Shown piece by piece: positions 45,501 to 53,258 of a stretch of 64,000 nucleotides of DNA. The stretch spans positions 9,823 to 73,822 of the IMG/VR virus record IMGVR_UViG_2574180442_000002. One strand, given 5' to 3'. Under the pieces are notes generated by a model that saw only the letters and a list, made by a program, of their open reading frames with translations, ran no database searches and was not told the DNA's origin. The position numbers and the translations under genes are program-made. This DNA is from a virus. Position 1 is the stretch's first letter. Each line of letters opens with the position of its first letter.

Positions 45501-46039
45501 ATTCCACCGCTCGGCATGACGCCCTGCGAGAGTTCGCCACGGCCAACGGCCTGAAGCTGACCGTGGCCGACCTCGACGACTTCGACCTCTGGGTGCAGAA
45601 GCAGATCGAGAAGACGGTTTCGCTGGATGACCTGAAGGCGGCGCTGACCGGCAGCACCGAGCCGGAGGTGATCGAACAGGCCACCGCGTTCATGCGCGCG
45701 GCCTCGCCGTGGTTCGACTGGCAGGGGAAAGACCCGGCCAGCGACTACCTGCCGTATGGCTTCAAGGCCGCTATCGCCGCCGCCGTGCGCCAGGTTGTGG
45801 CCGGTGACGACCGTTCGGCCGGGCCTTCGCCGTCGGACGTGGTGGGCATCCGGGGCAACACCAAGGTCTGGAAGGAAACCATCAAGCGGTGCGCCAACAT
45901 GGCCGGCTTCGGCAAATACAAGTGGGACGGGGATGCCCTGGCGTGGAACGTGTACCGTTCCGCCTGGGACTACCTCATCGCCAACTACCCTCAAGCCGCC
46001 GATCAGCTCGAACTGACCGGCGCGACCCGCTCCCTGTAA
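39575..46039 (+). CDS. darB: DarB-like N6-methyltransferase/SNF2 helicase virion protein
   Basis: VLDPCAGVGIF and NVPF MTase motifs; GVGLGKT, DEGH, LTATP, GINLQ, EQRNGRGVRQGN helicase motifs; 2154 aa; followed by ulx. Confidence 0.9.
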   Translation: MQNRISLDDVAAGGALARLKLVGELARIKAGLKDAGDGPLAAVKRLKLVARANQIRVALGAAAPQPKATPPAAGPNLVPVATTPTEPQPQGEDEPQAPRNQTAQYYEFDPNRKPAQRKKDNAAAMALLKRIDAGEVDAARLSPEEKLTLAKYSGTGGALIGADGKKGSAYEYYTPKPIAEGIWGLMAELGFAGGKVLDPCAGVGIFGATAPLNAAIDAVELNETSGRINGLVNAGPGYTATVAPFERVAAATPDEQYDAVVTNVPFGGVADRGGNQLLDGRYQKEPLQNYFILRTLEKLKPGGLAVFITPPRCVSGKGGKEEELRVKASYMAEFLGAYRLPNSVFGTASADTMTDVIAFRKYGREALDKIAELREQSPKALIDANAQWQPFVEGRYFDGEGKRFILGEFVPKDPNKFRDVDRVTTTQPIAEIARMLKKFPGSRVDWDMLGTVETTPITYRDGDTITQAGQTLQMQDGRWVPMASGEDSASMAELVGKLTTPYAAFEGRIQWADAERCVDYMIETSQSLDIPDWLRGAMTEIRHLKDEGDRAQFWNAGVVGMAAAQVLQERLGEETGVNFAEEYPALTDAMQRVSTTAKKRPAALGGKLRDGLVLIGNHYQKKTGLSAVWRGDVQQQAPTVEITADASFEGLRYKTKSAWVSLEDAKGIYGDGFDPYADPTWCLSPDGKSVTRADDYYVGNYAEFLRRVDADIASAASDDIRAKLLRQKLDAGARIDKVDVSKLTFNLFSPHVTLEEKAEFLRRFVHPSAAVIYDERTGEKRVDIDVPGSNLTDREKLLNRIGDYLKNGTITLGGVKLGMDDAKALQELRRMVNTANEQFNGWVRGNRPIVARLEAVAADPAKLRFRQVEDEAPMPIPGMNDGLTLHGYQNAYVRKTSREFGGINGFGVGLGKTFTALAATQYAQSIGVKSKTFFVVPNSVLSNWRKEAARAYASTDDCLFVGLRVGKDGKATISATNFDADLTAVMENRHSKVFMTLEAFERIRLRDETIGAYEAFMRQADASFAESMDKKEDERAKSKQAGLLSVLSNKRGGAPYLEDMGVDSIVFDEGHVFKNSAQTVDFKGAKFLSLSPASRRGIDAQAKAWFIRGKSELKDGVMVLTATPITNSPLEIYAMLSLAVGHERVNDVCLGIRGADDFMEMMCAKENQDDVTMDGVARATDVFVGLNNVGVLRKAIGEVATIKSAEDVGEQIAVPDREEKAAPVVLPPDVVERLKLYKSAFRYAIDEISEKSPNRGDPEAYAQVAQHFGEELNLIGHPFNLINKMTLLIADPELDQRATFYSYLPTQADKAKAAIEQFNARKFTEERPRPSPMTDETAIVGHKTVKDSGGNETELLKIEVRAKAIDGSRVVLDTINPDVQSAFEAIAEKLGLDLDVSVPPKLAAMLENFQHEQASPRGIDADGQRSPIVKQIVFCDILPLHNKIKRLLTRRAGVPSSAIAIITGRTNNTPDEILAVQDGFNGTGEDNKYQTVIANEKAEVGINLQKGTQAIHHLTIGWTPDSLEQRNGRGVRQGNLTARVSVYYYDADGTFDTSKRAMVNKKADWIGQVMDVNGSDSVAVTGGLSKEQMEALIDVVGDADAMRRMQDTIAAKEAAARASSNRDRQMINLDTIRKQNAFLNDNQTAASFVIRKIIGLWGLEKQAEKLRDRISNPKATATAVAKNESLLAELMASVGGLRRQIEQSATLFRTEWRAGGSTSEPATLDSFFAAVRGGKKQKDDDIESMLLGRSYPSFGLNVIEGGPIGNEWQAEVDMARSMIDEAKAAFARQAGESGGYPAGVADAIARGEGIIYNGKPLIHGTFVRVPDGLAVLKLESSRPGAFGRSLDGTPLAANTAAVMAGEWFYQGTAGYDACLTDAAQIEDTINASGTVENGFNSVVPEVAQRRKVEALAAYSTHDYRLPQPHFPFAISPADADKSEVKRRIFDAQKAIIRSFDDGKFVVPSDTPVTRRASNEDSTARHDALREFATANGLKLTVADLDDFDLWVQKQIEKTVSLDDLKAALTGSTEPEVIEQATAFMRAASPWFDWQGKDPASDYLPYGFKAAIAAAVRQVVAGDDRSAGPSPSDVVGIRGNTKVWKETIKRCANMAGFGKYKWDGDALAWNVYRSAWDYLIANYPQAADQLELTGATRSL

Positions 46040-46049
46040 GGAAGGAAAC

Positions 46050-46463
46050 ATGGCCTACACCGAATACAAGTTCGACAAGGACGCCATCAAGGCCCTGGTT
46101 TCGGAGCGCGCGGCTGCGCTGCGTGCCAACCGGGGGTTCTCGAACCTGCTGGCCTTCGGCCTGGGCGTGGTGGCCGAGCGCCTGAGCAAAGACCCGCGCC
46201 GCTACCGCGACTATGGCCCGTATTGGTGGGCGCTGAAGGATGCCATGATCGCCGGCGGCTACAACCTGGGCAGCCAGACCGACCCGCTGGTGAAGAAGGC
46301 GTACCGGGGCGAAACTGACGTGGAAACCCTCATCATGGCCGACGAATTCCGCACGGCCTACCTGAAGCAGAACATGATCTACACCAACCAGTTTCTGCTG
46401 GACGCGGCCAGCCCGGACTTCTGGACGCTGTACGACGCGGACATGGAGTTTCCCGCCTCGTAG
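46050..46463 (+). CDS. ulx: Ulx-like DarB packaging chaperone
   Basis: RLSKDPRRYRDYGPYWWALK..MIAGGY matches recalled P1 Ulx RLLKNPRLYRSYGPYWPEIK..LERGY; same position. Confidence 0.8.
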   Translation: MAYTEYKFDKDAIKALVSERAAALRANRGFSNLLAFGLGVVAERLSKDPRRYRDYGPYWWALKDAMIAGGYNLGSQTDPLVKKAYRGETDVETLIMADEFRTAYLKQNMIYTNQFLLDAASPDFWTLYDADMEFPAS

Positions 46464-46482
46464 CGCGGGCGCCACCCTATAG

Positions 46483-46524
46483 CGGAAAACCGCCCCAAGG
46501 AAGCCATACCGGGAAGCCTACCCT
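46483..46524 (+). promoter_or_regulatory. Late promoter 8 (CGGAAAA-N29-TACCCT)
   Basis: Same spacing; portal ATG 6 nt after the -10 box. Confidence 0.8.
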
Positions 46525-46530
46525 TCCCGT

Positions 46531-48600
46531 ATGGCCGACACTCCCAACATCCCCGCTCCGACCAAGCCAGGTTTCCTGGCCCGATTCGGCTTGTCCCGCA
46601 AGCGATGGGCTTCTACGCACGTCGCGCCGGCCAAGGAAATCAACCAGTCCGACACCTACCTGTACGGTGCCGGCACCACGACTGTTGCCTCGCTGCTGGG
46701 TTCCGGCAGCCGGGGCGCTCGCTCGCGCCAGATCATCTACGAGAAGTGGATGCGGATGGAGGGCGACCCGATCATCTCCAGCGCGCTCCAGCTTCTGGTG
46801 ACTTCGGCCCTGGGTGGGCACGAAACCAGCGGCGACCTGGTGTTTGTGGAGAAGACGGCCGAAGCGAAGAAGGACAAGCGCCTGGCGGCCATCGCCGATG
46901 AAATCGCCGCCGACTTGGCGCCGCTGTTCGACCGCGTGGCGTTCCAGATGGCCTACACCGGGGCGGCCTACGGGGATTCCTACGCGCGCATTTACACCGA
47001 CTCGCGTGGCGTGGTCGATCTTCACTCCGACGAGATGGTGCGCCCGCAACTGGTACAGCCCTTCGAGCGCGGCAGCCGCACGGTTGGCTTCGCGGTGTCC
47101 ATCGGCGAGCGCAACTTCGAGAGGCTGGACGTGTCGCAGCTCGCGCGACTGAAGATGCCGCGTACCCAGTGGATTCCCCAGTTCGGCGTGGTCGAGAAGT
47201 CCCTGAAGGTGGCGATCACCGAGAACGACATCGACAGCCTGCCGATCATGCCCAGCATGGTAGGCGGCTCACTGCTCTACAACGCCGAGGAACCCTACGA
47301 CAACCTGACCGCATCGCTGCTGGGCCTGGTGGGCCAGCGGTGGATGGACTCCATCGACGAGCAGATGGTGGCCGTCAATCTGGAGTCGATGACGCTGGAG
47401 CAGCAGGAGCGGTTCGTCGAGTCCGTGAAGGGGATGCTGCTGGCGTCGAAGAGCTACGCCGAGCAGGCCGTCAAGCGCGGGCGCCCGATTATGGAGCGAA
47501 TCCGCCACATCATCCCGGTTTTCAACGAGAAGCAACTGACCACGGTAGGCCCGTCGAACGGCGGCCAGCCGGGCCGCGCGGCAACCATCAGCATCGAGGA
47601 TGTGCTGTTGCACGCCCGCTTGCTCTCTGGTGCGCTGGGCGTCGATCTTTCCATGCTGGGCTTCGCCGACCAGCTTTCCGGCGGCCTGGGCGAAGGCGGG
47701 TTCTTCCGCGTGTCGGCGCAGGCAGCCGAGCGGGCGCGGGTCATCCGCGTGGCCCTGGCCGAGTTCTTCAACCACGTCATCGACATTCACACCTACCGCC
47801 GCTACGGCATCGTGTTCAACGCCAAGGAGCGGCCCTGGGAAATCAACTTCTTCGGGTCGATTTCCGCGCTGGAAGCCGAGAAACAGCGCACGCGCGCCGA
47901 CTCCATGAATGGCGGCATGTTGCTGGTGCAGGCCATGCAGATGCTGAAGGAGATGGGCGCCAGCAAGGACATCATGACCGAGTTCCTCGCCAAGACGATG
48001 CTGCTGGATGAAGACCAGGCGAAGCTGTACGCGGCCATCGTTGATGCCAAGCCGCAGGACGACGGCGGCTTCGGTGGTGGCGGGTTTGGCGGTGGCGGCG
48101 GTGGATTCGGCGGCGGTGGTCGAGGCATGGACAGCGTGCTCGACGCGGCCGCGCTCGACGCCGTGGGTAAGATGGAAACCATCACCATCCCCCGGCGCAC
48201 CGTGGAATGGCTTGGCTTCGGCGGTGGGATGACGCTGCGCGCCGACTTGCAGGCCCTGGCCGAGCGGCACCCTGAGTATTACCACGCTGACCCCGACGCG
48301 GTGCTGGCCGACATTCAGTTCGTGCTGGAGCGGCCCGACGACTGGTACATCCACAGCGGCGCGCGCGTGGCGATCTTCAGGGAGCGGGTGGGCAGCGGCT
48401 CTATCCCGCTGGTGCGTATCGAGCTGGACGTGGTGGGCGGCGCCCTGGTGGCGCGTTCCGTCTATGAGAGCGGGAAGCGGCAGATCGCCGGGAAGATGAA
48501 GGAGAAACAGAAGGTGGTTGCGCGCCTTGCGCCGGGAGCGATGCGCCCCGGAGTGCTGTCCGTCGCCGAGTATCTGCGGATGATGGGCGGCAGGTCATAG
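46531..48600 (+). CDS. prt: Portal protein (P1 Prt-like) with Gly linker and C-terminal PBECR-like domain
   Basis: YEKWMRMEGDPIISSAL...YGDSY...GGLGEGGFFR portal pattern; GGFGGGGFGGGGGG linker at 48064-48120; extra about 150-aa alpha/beta domain. Confidence 0.8.
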   Translation: MADTPNIPAPTKPGFLARFGLSRKRWASTHVAPAKEINQSDTYLYGAGTTTVASLLGSGSRGARSRQIIYEKWMRMEGDPIISSALQLLVTSALGGHETSGDLVFVEKTAEAKKDKRLAAIADEIAADLAPLFDRVAFQMAYTGAAYGDSYARIYTDSRGVVDLHSDEMVRPQLVQPFERGSRTVGFAVSIGERNFERLDVSQLARLKMPRTQWIPQFGVVEKSLKVAITENDIDSLPIMPSMVGGSLLYNAEEPYDNLTASLLGLVGQRWMDSIDEQMVAVNLESMTLEQQERFVESVKGMLLASKSYAEQAVKRGRPIMERIRHIIPVFNEKQLTTVGPSNGGQPGRAATISIEDVLLHARLLSGALGVDLSMLGFADQLSGGLGEGGFFRVSAQAAERARVIRVALAEFFNHVIDIHTYRRYGIVFNAKERPWEINFFGSISALEAEKQRTRADSMNGGMLLVQAMQMLKEMGASKDIMTEFLAKTMLLDEDQAKLYAAIVDAKPQDDGGFGGGGFGGGGGGFGGGGRGMDSVLDAAALDAVGKMETITIPRRTVEWLGFGGGMTLRADLQALAERHPEYYHADPDAVLADIQFVLERPDDWYIHSGARVAIFRERVGSGSIPLVRIELDVVGGALVARSVYESGKRQIAGKMKEKQKVVARLAPGAMRPGVLSVAEYLRMMGGRS

Positions 48601-48716
48601 CTTCGCGCACTGAGCCAGACACGGAGCAAGCCGTTCATGGCCCGTGCAGTTCCAGGGAACCACATTACCCAACCCTCCGGCTGGGCCGCAAAGCGCACAG
48701 AAGGATTTTATAGCGT

Positions 48717-49634
48717 ATGAGCCTCTACAACAACATCGCCGAAAGCCTGTCAAGTAGCGGGCTGCTGGGTTCCATCCGCTCGGGGCTGAACGCGGCCCTT
48801 GGCGGCGTGACGGACTCGGCCACCCAGGCCCTGGGCGGCGGCAAGCTGGCCAAGACCGTGGTGGGCATGGGCAAGAGCGCAGCCGTCAATGCCGGCATGA
48901 ACGCCGTGAACAAGCACATTCCCATCCAGGCGCAGCGCGCGATCAACGTGGGCGCGGGCGCCGTGGGCGACCTCATGAACGGGGATTGGAACTCGGCTGG
49001 CCTGCGCGTGCTGGATTCCGGCCTGCTCAACGAGCTGCTGCCCGGCTTCGGTGGCGGCGTCGCCTCGCAGGTGGCGTACTGGGGCGCGGCCACGCCGCTG
49101 CTGGGCGGCATCAGCCCGACCGAGGCCAAGCGCATCTACGACCAGGTGCGCGACGAGCGCCTGGCGAAAAAGAACCTCTGGCTGCTAGAAGTGACGAGTC
49201 GGCTGGGCGGCGGCGGGATGAACATGCCCGACCGCTTCAACCTGTTCGCTACCGAGGTCGAGTATGCGCCTTTCATCGTCGCCGGCGACAAGCTCCGCGT
49301 CGGCGGCGCGGTGATCGACGCCGTGCAGGGGGCGGAGCCGGTCGAGCTGCGCATGACGACACTGGACGATCAGGCCGGCTCCCTGAAAAAGTGGTTCGCC
49401 GCGCACCACGGTGCAGCTGCCGCGCGCGATGGCACTGTCGGCGTGCCTGACAGCTTCGCCATCACCATCCGCGTGGTGCATTCGTTCATCACGGAAGAAA
49501 GCAACCGGGGCGGGTACGAGGACATCGGCCTGTTCCGCCCGGTGAATCTCGATGTGAGCCTTTCCCGCCGCGAAGACGGCCTTGAAGAGGTGCAGATGAC
49601 GTTCTCGCAGCTCGACACCTTCATGAGGCCGTGA
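48717..49634 (+). CDS. PmgB-like tail/baseplate protein
   Basis: Directly upstream of tape measure as in P1; tube-like C-terminal half. Confidence 0.55.
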   Translation: MSLYNNIAESLSSSGLLGSIRSGLNAALGGVTDSATQALGGGKLAKTVVGMGKSAAVNAGMNAVNKHIPIQAQRAINVGAGAVGDLMNGDWNSAGLRVLDSGLLNELLPGFGGGVASQVAYWGAATPLLGGISPTEAKRIYDQVRDERLAKKNLWLLEVTSRLGGGGMNMPDRFNLFATEVEYAPFIVAGDKLRVGGAVIDAVQGAEPVELRMTTLDDQAGSLKKWFAAHHGAAAARDGTVGVPDSFAITIRVVHSFITEESNRGGYEDIGLFRPVNLDVSLSRREDGLEEVQMTFSQLDTFMRP

Positions 49635-52600
49635 TGGCACTGAAGCATGACGCACAAGGGTTCCTGGTAGGCGACCCCATTGACCTGAGCAAGGCTGTTG
49701 CCGACTGGGCAGCCATCCGCGACGACGTGCACGCAATTCGACAGGCCGTGCTCGGCATCGAAAGCGCCATGAACCGCGCTTCGCCCGAGGCGCGCGCCAG
49801 CGTGCCCGCGACGCCCGGCCGGGGAGCCGGCCTGGAGGAAGCCGACCCGACGGTCAAGGCGTTCAACGAGGTGGCCCAGCCGATGGCGCGGGACGCACGC
49901 CAGGGCGCCGACACCGCGCACGCACCGCAGAACCCGCAGGCCACCCCGGCCCGCCAGGCCCTGACCGGGCAGCCGGCCCAGGCCGCGCGACGCGAGCGCC
50001 AGATTCCGGTGCTGCTGCGCGCGCCTGCCGTGCCGCAAACCGGCGGCGCCGGCGGCAATGCCGCCCGCCGCGACACCGAGAGCGCCGCCGCCGTCACCCG
50101 CGCCGTGGCCGAGCTGCGCGCCACGCGCCAAGCCGTCACGCGCGCGCCGGCGCAGCCGATGGGCCGCGATAGCCGGGGCCGGTTCGTGCGCGGCGCTGCC
50201 GCTGTCCGGCCTGCTGCTGGCGGCGGGCGCGGCGCTGGAACCGGAGGCCCGGCCGATGGAGAGCGCGACGGCCAGGACGAAAGCGCGCTGCGCTCTCTGG
50301 GCGACCGCATCGTGGGCGCATTCAAGGAATCGGGAGCCGGCCTGGAGGAAGCCGACCCGACGGTCAAGGCGTTCAACGAGGTGGCCCAGCCGATGGCGCG
50401 GGGCTACGAGCTGCTGACCGGCGGCGACAGCCAGAAGAAGCAGGAAGGCTGGCTGCGTCGCATCTACGGTTCGCTGACCGGCTTCAGGAAGGATGAGGGC
50501 CTGTTCAACAAGGTGGCCGCCAAGCGGCTGAAGGCCATCGAGGAAAAGCCCGTCGCCGAAGCCGGCGGCGGTGGCGGCCTGTTCGGCGGGCTGCTGGGAA
50601 TGCTGGGTGGCCTGCTGAAGCGGATTCCCGGCGTCGGCGCGCTGGCTGCCGGCGCGGGCGGGCTGCTCGCGCGCGGCGGTGGGTTGCTGGCCGGGGCCGG
50701 CCGGATGGCCGCCGGAGCTGGGCGCGGCTTGCTGGGCCTGGGCCGTGGCGCGCTGCGCCGCATCCCGATCATCGGCGCGTTGCTGGGCGGCATCGGGGCG
50801 GCCACCGACATCTACAACTCGGAGACGGACGACACCCTGACCCGGCGCGAAAAAGACCAGCGCACCGGGAAGGCGGTGGGCGGCCTGGCCGGAACGATGG
50901 GCGGCATGTTCGCCGGCGCGAAGCTCGGCGCGATGGTGGGGGCCTTCGCCGGCCCGGTGGGCGCGGCCATTGGTGGCGCCATCGGCGGCGCGGCGGGCCT
51001 GTTCTTCGGCGACCAGGCCGGCCAGATCATCGGGACGACCGTGGGCGGCTGGGTGTCCGACCTGCGCGACGCCGACATCCCCGGCAAGATCGCGGCGGCC
51101 TGGTCGGCCACTACCGAGGCCGTCATGTCGGCGTGGAACGCCACGGTCGAGGGGGTGAAAAAAGGCTGGAATTCTGTCGTGTCCGGCTTCACGGCTGTGG
51201 GCGATGGTATCGGCAAAGCCTGGGGCGGCTTCGTCGACGCGGCGAAAGCGGGGTGGGAGTCCTTCACCGGGCTGTTCGCCTCGATTTTCGATGCGCTCAA
51301 GTCCATTCCGGTAGTTGGCCCTGCCATTGAAGCCGCGCAAGCGGCGATGGAGAAGGCCGCCGATGCAGTGGGCGGCGTGGTGACGGGCGCGAAGGAGATG
51401 GCGGGCGCTGCGGCGACTGCGATCAAGGAAAAGGCGGTCGAACTCGGCACCAAGGCGGTCGAGGGCGTCAAGTCTGGCGTCGAGTACCTGGGCAACAACA
51501 CGACCGTCGGCAGGGGCATCAAGGCGGCGGGCCAGGGTGCGGCAGCCCTCGCCGAGAAGGCCGCGCCTGCGGCGGAGCGGGCCTACAACGTCACGGCAGC
51601 GGCGGCGGGTTCCGCGCTGGAGGCCATCATGCCCAAGGGCTATCGCCACAAGGCGATGTTCGACGGCATCAAGGGTGGCGATGCCCTGACCAAGTACGGC
51701 AGCTACACCGACGAGGAAGCCGCCCGGATTCGGGAGCTGAAGACCAGCGGCGCAAACACGTCGGCGAACGTGGCCGGCGGCATGTCGCTGGAGGTGCAGG
51801 ACAAGATTTCCGCCCAGGCGAAGAAGGCCGGACTCGACCCGGTGATGATGCAGAAGATCGCTGCGATGGAGAGCGGCGGCAATGCCAACGCGATCAGCAG
51901 CACCGGGGCCATCGGCATCTACCAATTCACCGGGCAGACGGCATCGGGCGTCGGCATCAAAAACCGCTTCGACGTAGATCAGAACATCGAAGGCGGGATG
52001 AAGCTGACCCGGCAGAACCAGGCCGTCTTGGAGAAGTCCGGCCTGCCTGTGACGGCGGAAAACCTCTACATGATGCACCAGCTTGGGCCGAAGGCTGCCC
52101 AAGAGGTGATTCGCGGCGCAGCCGAGGGGAAGACCAAGGAGGAACTGTCGGCTAGCACCCAGCAGGCCATGAACCTGAACTACGGCGCGAACAGCAGGAC
52201 TGCCGCCGACTACATCGCCACCAACAAGAAGGCCCTGGATGACCGCTACGCCAGCGTGACGAAGGACGCCGGCGGCGTGCAGACCTCTGTTGCCAAGGCC
52301 GGTAGCCCCAGCCCGGCCGTGGCTGCTGCATCGCCCGCGCAGTCCCCGGCTCCGGCGGCAAAGCCGGGTGCCATGCCAGAGGCGCCCGCCACACCAGCGG
52401 TAGCCCAGGCCGTCGCGCCGCCTTCGACGCCCAACTACGCCGGGCCGGCCGCCTCTGCGGTCGTCGCCTCCGTGGCCGTGCCGCCGGCTCCGGTTGCACC
52501 GGCACCCGCGCCGGTTGCGGAAGCGCCGCAAGTCACGGTGCCGATGGCATCCAACAACAGTCGCCCGTCGCCCGTCGTGGTGGCAGGCGGCAGCGATGCC

Positions 52601-52666
52601 GGGCAGGACATGCGTGATCGTGGCATTGCCCACATTGCGACGGGAGGCTTGAGTGGCCGCGCTTGA
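49631..52666 (+). CDS. Tape measure protein with soluble lytic transglycosylase domain (P1 Sit-like)
   Basis: Gly/Ala-rich TM-like repeats; IAAMESGGN.NA...GAIGIYQF...NRFDVDQNIEGG SLT motif. Confidence 0.85.
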   Translation: MMALKHDAQGFLVGDPIDLSKAVADWAAIRDDVHAIRQAVLGIESAMNRASPEARASVPATPGRGAGLEEADPTVKAFNEVAQPMARDARQGADTAHAPQNPQATPARQALTGQPAQAARRERQIPVLLRAPAVPQTGGAGGNAARRDTESAAAVTRAVAELRATRQAVTRAPAQPMGRDSRGRFVRGAAAVRPAAGGGRGAGTGGPADGERDGQDESALRSLGDRIVGAFKESGAGLEEADPTVKAFNEVAQPMARGYELLTGGDSQKKQEGWLRRIYGSLTGFRKDEGLFNKVAAKRLKAIEEKPVAEAGGGGGLFGGLLGMLGGLLKRIPGVGALAAGAGGLLARGGGLLAGAGRMAAGAGRGLLGLGRGALRRIPIIGALLGGIGAATDIYNSETDDTLTRREKDQRTGKAVGGLAGTMGGMFAGAKLGAMVGAFAGPVGAAIGGAIGGAAGLFFGDQAGQIIGTTVGGWVSDLRDADIPGKIAAAWSATTEAVMSAWNATVEGVKKGWNSVVSGFTAVGDGIGKAWGGFVDAAKAGWESFTGLFASIFDALKSIPVVGPAIEAAQAAMEKAADAVGGVVTGAKEMAGAAATAIKEKAVELGTKAVEGVKSGVEYLGNNTTVGRGIKAAGQGAAALAEKAAPAAERAYNVTAAAAGSALEAIMPKGYRHKAMFDGIKGGDALTKYGSYTDEEAARIRELKTSGANTSANVAGGMSLEVQDKISAQAKKAGLDPVMMQKIAAMESGGNANAISSTGAIGIYQFTGQTASGVGIKNRFDVDQNIEGGMKLTRQNQAVLEKSGLPVTAENLYMMHQLGPKAAQEVIRGAAEGKTKEELSASTQQAMNLNYGANSRTAADYIATNKKALDDRYASVTKDAGGVQTSVAKAGSPSPAVAAASPAQSPAPAAKPGAMPEAPATPAVAQAVAPPSTPNYAGPAASAVVASVAVPPAPVAPAPAPVAEAPQVTVPMASNNSRPSPVVVAGGSDAGQDMRDRGIAHIATGGLSGRA
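49822..50402. repeat. 71-bp exact direct repeat (49822-49892 and 50332-50402), in frame
   Basis: Both encode GAGLEEADPTVKAFNEVAQPMAR; offset 510 bp. Confidence 0.95.
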
Positions 52667-53258
52667 ACTGCATCAATACCGCGCCATGCTGTATCGGCTG
52701 ACGCTGGACAGCATCGACGAGTGGGACGAAAGCGAGCACCCGCGTGATGATGGAGGCCGTTTCACGGCTGGCGCGCGGGACTGGCGTAGGGCCAGAGATG
52801 CGGCGCTGGAGAAGATCAGGCAGGACTACAAGAAGCCAGTTGAGGTTCCGTCGGGCGACGGCGACCCGATCATTGTTTCCTACGCGGGCCTGAAACATGC
52901 GCTGAACAAGGGCATCCCGACCGTGGAGAAAACCTTGCTGGCCCTGCACATCCAAGAGGCGATCAAGTCCGCCAGCAAGACGCGCACCTTCCCCGACCGC
53001 CTGGGACGCAAAGACCCGGCCAGCACGACCTATTACGAAACCAAGGTGGAGATAGACGGCGAGCCGCACGATGTGACCATCGTGGTGCGCAACCATAGTG
53101 ACGGCAAGCGCCACTACGATCACGCCACCGTAAAAGGAAAAGCCCACCAGGGCTATTTCGAGAGTGACCAGGGCTTTCGCACCGGGGCACCTACTCGACC
53201 GTTTGGCGGGCTTTCGTTAAGTCTAGGCGAAATTGACGAAATGCTCAAGATGAGCTAA
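52653..53258 (+). CDS. LPD3/PBECR-like polyvalent-protein domain with N-terminal WDESEHPR..GRF motif
   Basis: GLKHAL...IQEAI...YYETKVEIDGEPHDVTIVVR..DGKRHY pattern; overlaps tape-measure stop. Confidence 0.6.
   Translation: MAALELHQYRAMLYRLTLDSIDEWDESEHPRDDGGRFTAGARDWRRARDAALEKIRQDYKKPVEVPSGDGDPIIVSYAGLKHALNKGIPTVEKTLLALHIQEAIKSASKTRTFPDRLGRKDPASTTYYETKVEIDGEPHDVTIVVRNHSDGKRHYDHATVKGKAHQGYFESDQGFRTGAPTRPFGGLSLSLGEIDEMLKMS

Noticed and set aside
39518-46051. 2177-aa ORF on the - strand
   Set aside because: Exact antisense shadow of darB.
48064-48120. GGC/GGT-rich run as a regulatory repeat
   Set aside because: Explained as the Gly-rich coding linker of the portal protein.
49370-52633. 1087-aa - strand ORF and other long antisense ORFs (e.g. 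7072-8418, 15802-17595, 34140-36164)
   Set aside because: Antisense to well-supported genes; composition typical of reverse frames.
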